Shown piece after piece: positions 38,790 through 41,488 of a DNA stretch of 41,488 nt (the stretch's first letter is position 1; each line of letters opens with the position of its first letter). A model generated the notes under the pieces. The model was not told where the DNA came from. It saw only the letters and a program-made list of their open reading frames with translations, and made no database searches. The DNA is from Robiginitalea sp. (GTDB lineage Bacteria > Bacteroidota > Bacteroidia > Flavobacteriales > Flavobacteriaceae). Location of the stretch: NCBI GenBank assembly GCA_964226055.1, contig CAXQQM010000275.1, positions 1 to 41,488 of the forward strand. The letters are read 5' to 3'. The position numbers and the translations under genes were made by a program.

Positions 38790-41339
38790 ATGAAGAACCC
38801 GTTAAAAATTTGGCTGGCAGTCGGCTGCCTGATTTTCGCGAGTATGCTCCCGGCCCAGGAATCGCCCCGGGCTGAGTGGGCGGCTGCGTCCCAGGCCACC
38901 GACGGCGACACACCGGCTGCGCCCGGTGCCGATCTTGCGATGGGCTATCAGGCGGAGCGCGCGGACACATTTGACGAAGCGGCTTTTACCGCCCGTGCCC
39001 GCGAGGCCGGGATCCCCGTGCGTCGATTCGGCCAGCCGGCTTCCGTGGCCGACGGGTTATACCTGATTGTCGGGGTGTTCAAAGAAGGCAAAAACCTCCG
39101 GCGTTCCGTGCGGAAACTGAAGCGCAAAGGGCTGGATGCCGGCAGCTTTATCAACCCGGAAAATAACCTGAACTACGTCTACGCTTCCCATTATACCAAC
39201 CCGGAAGAAGCGCTCCTCGGGGCCACCAGCCAACTGGACGGGTCCTATCGGGGCGACCTCTGGATCCTGATCAACGGGGAAATTTCCCCGGCACCGGAAC
39301 CCCGGGCGCCCGCCGACGAGTTCTCGGCAGGCACCAGCCCCGGGATTGTAGGAAAGGAATCCGCAATGGGGCAAGCCGGCCGGCTAGCTGCGGCAGAAAC
39401 GCCCATACAGGAAACAACCGGGCAGGCAACCGCCCCGGGAACCACCCGGACGGTCCTGCTGCAGCGGGCGGACCGCTATTTCGATATCATGTGGTATGCG
39501 GAAGCGGCCCGCCTGTATGAGCAGTTGCTGGACCGGGACGAGAATGCCTACTCTTTTGAGATTATCCGCAAAGTGGCGGACGCCCATTATTTCAATACGG
39601 ACATGGAGCGCGCCTACCACTGGTATGACATCCTCTACGACCGGTACGGGGATGAGATGAGTGCCGCCAACCTTTTTAAGTACGCGCACGCCCTGAAGGG
39701 CAACGGCAAATACGGCCGGGCCCGTCGGATTATGCGGCTTTACGACAAACTCTCGGACGCTTCCGGGGAGGCCGCTGGCAACCAACACCTCCTGAGGGAA
39801 ACCGTCATGGACAATATCCTGGACCGGGAGGCCGCCTACGGTATCCGGAACCTGGATGTCAATTCAAAATACTCCGAATTCGGGCCGATGTTCTACCAGG
39901 ACGACCAAATCGTGTTTGCGTCGTCCGTGGATTCCGCATTCTTTCATACCAGAAGGTATAAATGGAACAACCAGCCCTACCTGGACCTTTACGTTTCCCG
40001 CTTGAATGCAGAAGGGGACAACCTGGAACACGGGGTGAAGTTTTCAAAAACCCTGAATACAAAATACCACGAGGCCGGGGTGGCATTCTCCCCGGATAAA
40101 CAAACGGTATATTTTACCCGAAACAATTACGGGAAAAGGCTCCGCCGGGACAAGAACGGCGTAAACCACCTGAAACTCTACCGGTCCCAAAAGGTCGGGG
40201 ACGAGTGGACGGAGGCCGAGGAACTCCCATTTAACGGGGAGGGTTATTCCACCGGCCACCCGGCCCTGAGCCCGGACGGGAAACAACTGTATTTTGTTTC
40301 CGATATGCCGGGCACCATTGGGGGTACGGATATCTTCGTGGTAGACGTCCTCGGGGACGGGACCTTTTCGGAGCCCCGGAACCTGGGGCCGGGCATCAAC
40401 ACCCCTCAAAAGGAAATGTTCCCGTTTATCACCGGGCGGAAACTCTATTTCTCCTCCAACGGCCACGTGGGCCTGGGCGGCCTGGACGTTTTCCAGGTTT
40501 CCTTCGACGAGGAAATCGGGTTCCTGGAGGTGGAGAACCTCGGGCAACCCATCAACAGCAAAAAGGACGATTTCTCCTATATCGTGGACGAGGCCACCCA
40601 GAAAGGCTTCTTTGCCTCCAACCGGGTGGGCGGCAAAGGGGATGACGACCTGTATTCCTTCCAGCGCCTCTTGCCGGAGGAAACCAACGAGAATGCCATT
40701 GCCGGCGTGGTGACGGACCTTGTAACCGGGGATGCGATTCCCGAAGCCCTGGTCACCCTCCTGGATGACAACAACCGGAAACTCAAGGAAATTGTCACGG
40801 AAGCCGATGGAAGCTTCGTCTTCCAGGACCTGGACAGCAACACGCGCTACCGAATCCAGGTGGAAAAAGCAACTTATTCCGAGCAACAGGAAGAGGTGGC
40901 TACCCGGGACAACGAGCGGGTGGATGTGGAACTGCCCATGCGGAAACTCCAGGAACGGATCGTCGTGGAAGACGGGGTCCGCAAGCTCAAGACCGGCCCC
41001 ATCTACTTTAATTTCGACAAACACAACATCCGCTCCGACGCCGCCGAGGAACTCGACAAGCTCGTTGCCGTGATGCAGGAATACCCAAGTATGGTAATTG
41101 CCATCGAATCGCATACGGATTCACGGGGAAGCAGCGTCTACAACCGCTACCTCTCCGACCTCCGGGCCAAATCCACGCGCGCCTACCTGATCGAAAACGG
41201 CATCGCCCCGTCCCGGATCCAGAGCGCCACGGGTTATGGGGAAGACCGGTTGCTGAACGATTGTGACGGCAGCGTCCGCTGTACATCCCAGCAGCACCAG
41301 CTCAACCGCCGTTCTGAATTCATCGTCGTGGACATGTAG
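38790..41339 (+). CDS. PorE-like OmpA-family protein (SPOR-like + TPR + PD40 propeller + carboxypeptidase-regulatory-like + OmpA_C)
   Basis: Signal peptide MKNPLKIWLAVGCLIFASMLPA-Q, TPR ADRYFDIMWYAEA, PD40 HPALSPDGKQLYFVSD and LYFSSNGHVGLGGLD, OmpA_C IYFNFDK..IESHTDSRG..LSDLRA..GYGE..NRRSEF. Confidence 0.9.
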   Translation: MKNPLKIWLAVGCLIFASMLPAQESPRAEWAAASQATDGDTPAAPGADLAMGYQAERADTFDEAAFTARAREAGIPVRRFGQPASVADGLYLIVGVFKEGKNLRRSVRKLKRKGLDAGSFINPENNLNYVYASHYTNPEEALLGATSQLDGSYRGDLWILINGEISPAPEPRAPADEFSAGTSPGIVGKESAMGQAGRLAAAETPIQETTGQATAPGTTRTVLLQRADRYFDIMWYAEAARLYEQLLDRDENAYSFEIIRKVADAHYFNTDMERAYHWYDILYDRYGDEMSAANLFKYAHALKGNGKYGRARRIMRLYDKLSDASGEAAGNQHLLRETVMDNILDREAAYGIRNLDVNSKYSEFGPMFYQDDQIVFASSVDSAFFHTRRYKWNNQPYLDLYVSRLNAEGDNLEHGVKFSKTLNTKYHEAGVAFSPDKQTVYFTRNNYGKRLRRDKNGVNHLKLYRSQKVGDEWTEAEELPFNGEGYSTGHPALSPDGKQLYFVSDMPGTIGGTDIFVVDVLGDGTFSEPRNLGPGINTPQKEMFPFITGRKLYFSSNGHVGLGGLDVFQVSFDEEIGFLEVENLGQPINSKKDDFSYIVDEATQKGFFASNRVGGKGDDDLYSFQRLLPEETNENAIAGVVTDLVTGDAIPEALVTLLDDNNRKLKEIVTEADGSFVFQDLDSNTRYRIQVEKATYSEQQEEVATRDNERVDVELPMRKLQERIVVEDGVRKLKTGPIYFNFDKHNIRSDAAEELDKLVAVMQEYPSMVIAIESHTDSRGSSVYNRYLSDLRAKSTRAYLIENGIAPSRIQSATGYGEDRLLNDCDGSVRCTSQQHQLNRRSEFIVVDM

Positions 41340-41364
41340 TCCCGCCAACCAAAAAGCCAAACAC

Positions 41365-41488
41365 ATGAAAACCATCATGCTTATTGCCGAAATCTACCGG
41401 GAGGCATTCCAGGCCATCGGGTCCTTTGTGGTCCGTAACCTTTACAGGATCCTGTTCTGGTTCTGTTTTGCCTGCTACCTGATTGTCC
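41365..41488 (+). CDS. Small membrane protein (DUF6747-like), 3'-partial
   Basis: MKTIMLIAEIYREAFQAIGSFVVRNLYRILFWFCFACYLIV runs off the window. Not in the ORF track. Confidence 0.6.
   Translation, partial: MKTIMLIAEIYREAFQAIGSFVVRNLYRILFWFCFACYLIV

Overview
This is a GC-rich Flavobacteriaceae (Bacteroidota) chromosomal segment; the high GC plus the gene set suggest a Robiginitalea-like genus, which is inference only. Left third: a PorW/SprE-like T9SS/gliding TPR lipoprotein that runs off the window and is missing from the ORF track, an ABC ATPase plus DUF5687 membrane protein, a PaaE-like ferredoxin reductase, a patatin, HtrA, and an AhpD-like peroxidase / ArsS-like radical SAM / TetR module. 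That module is accompanied by four copies of a 20-bp palindrome, AACCGAC(C/T)-N4-(G/A)GTCGGTT. Middle: GT9, DUF4254, DUF6427, DUF6341, purD, then a ~20-kb minus-strand surface-glycan locus (DUF6909, Wzz-like, frameshifted rfbB, rfbACD, three sulfotransferases, Wzx, GT2, Wzy, WbbJ-like, WbbK-like, O-antigen-ligase-like, WbbL-like, WcaJ-like, ugd, uxs) that predicts a sulfated, O-acetylated rhamnose-containing polymer. Right end: GH3-family adenylating enzyme, M23 peptidase, tatA with terminator, a PorE-like OmpA protein with an extra N-terminal SPOR-like domain, and a truncated DUF6747-like gene. I saw no RNA genes, IS elements, prophage or CRISPR. All family calls come from motif recognition, not database searches. 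Many starts were moved inward from the ORF track.
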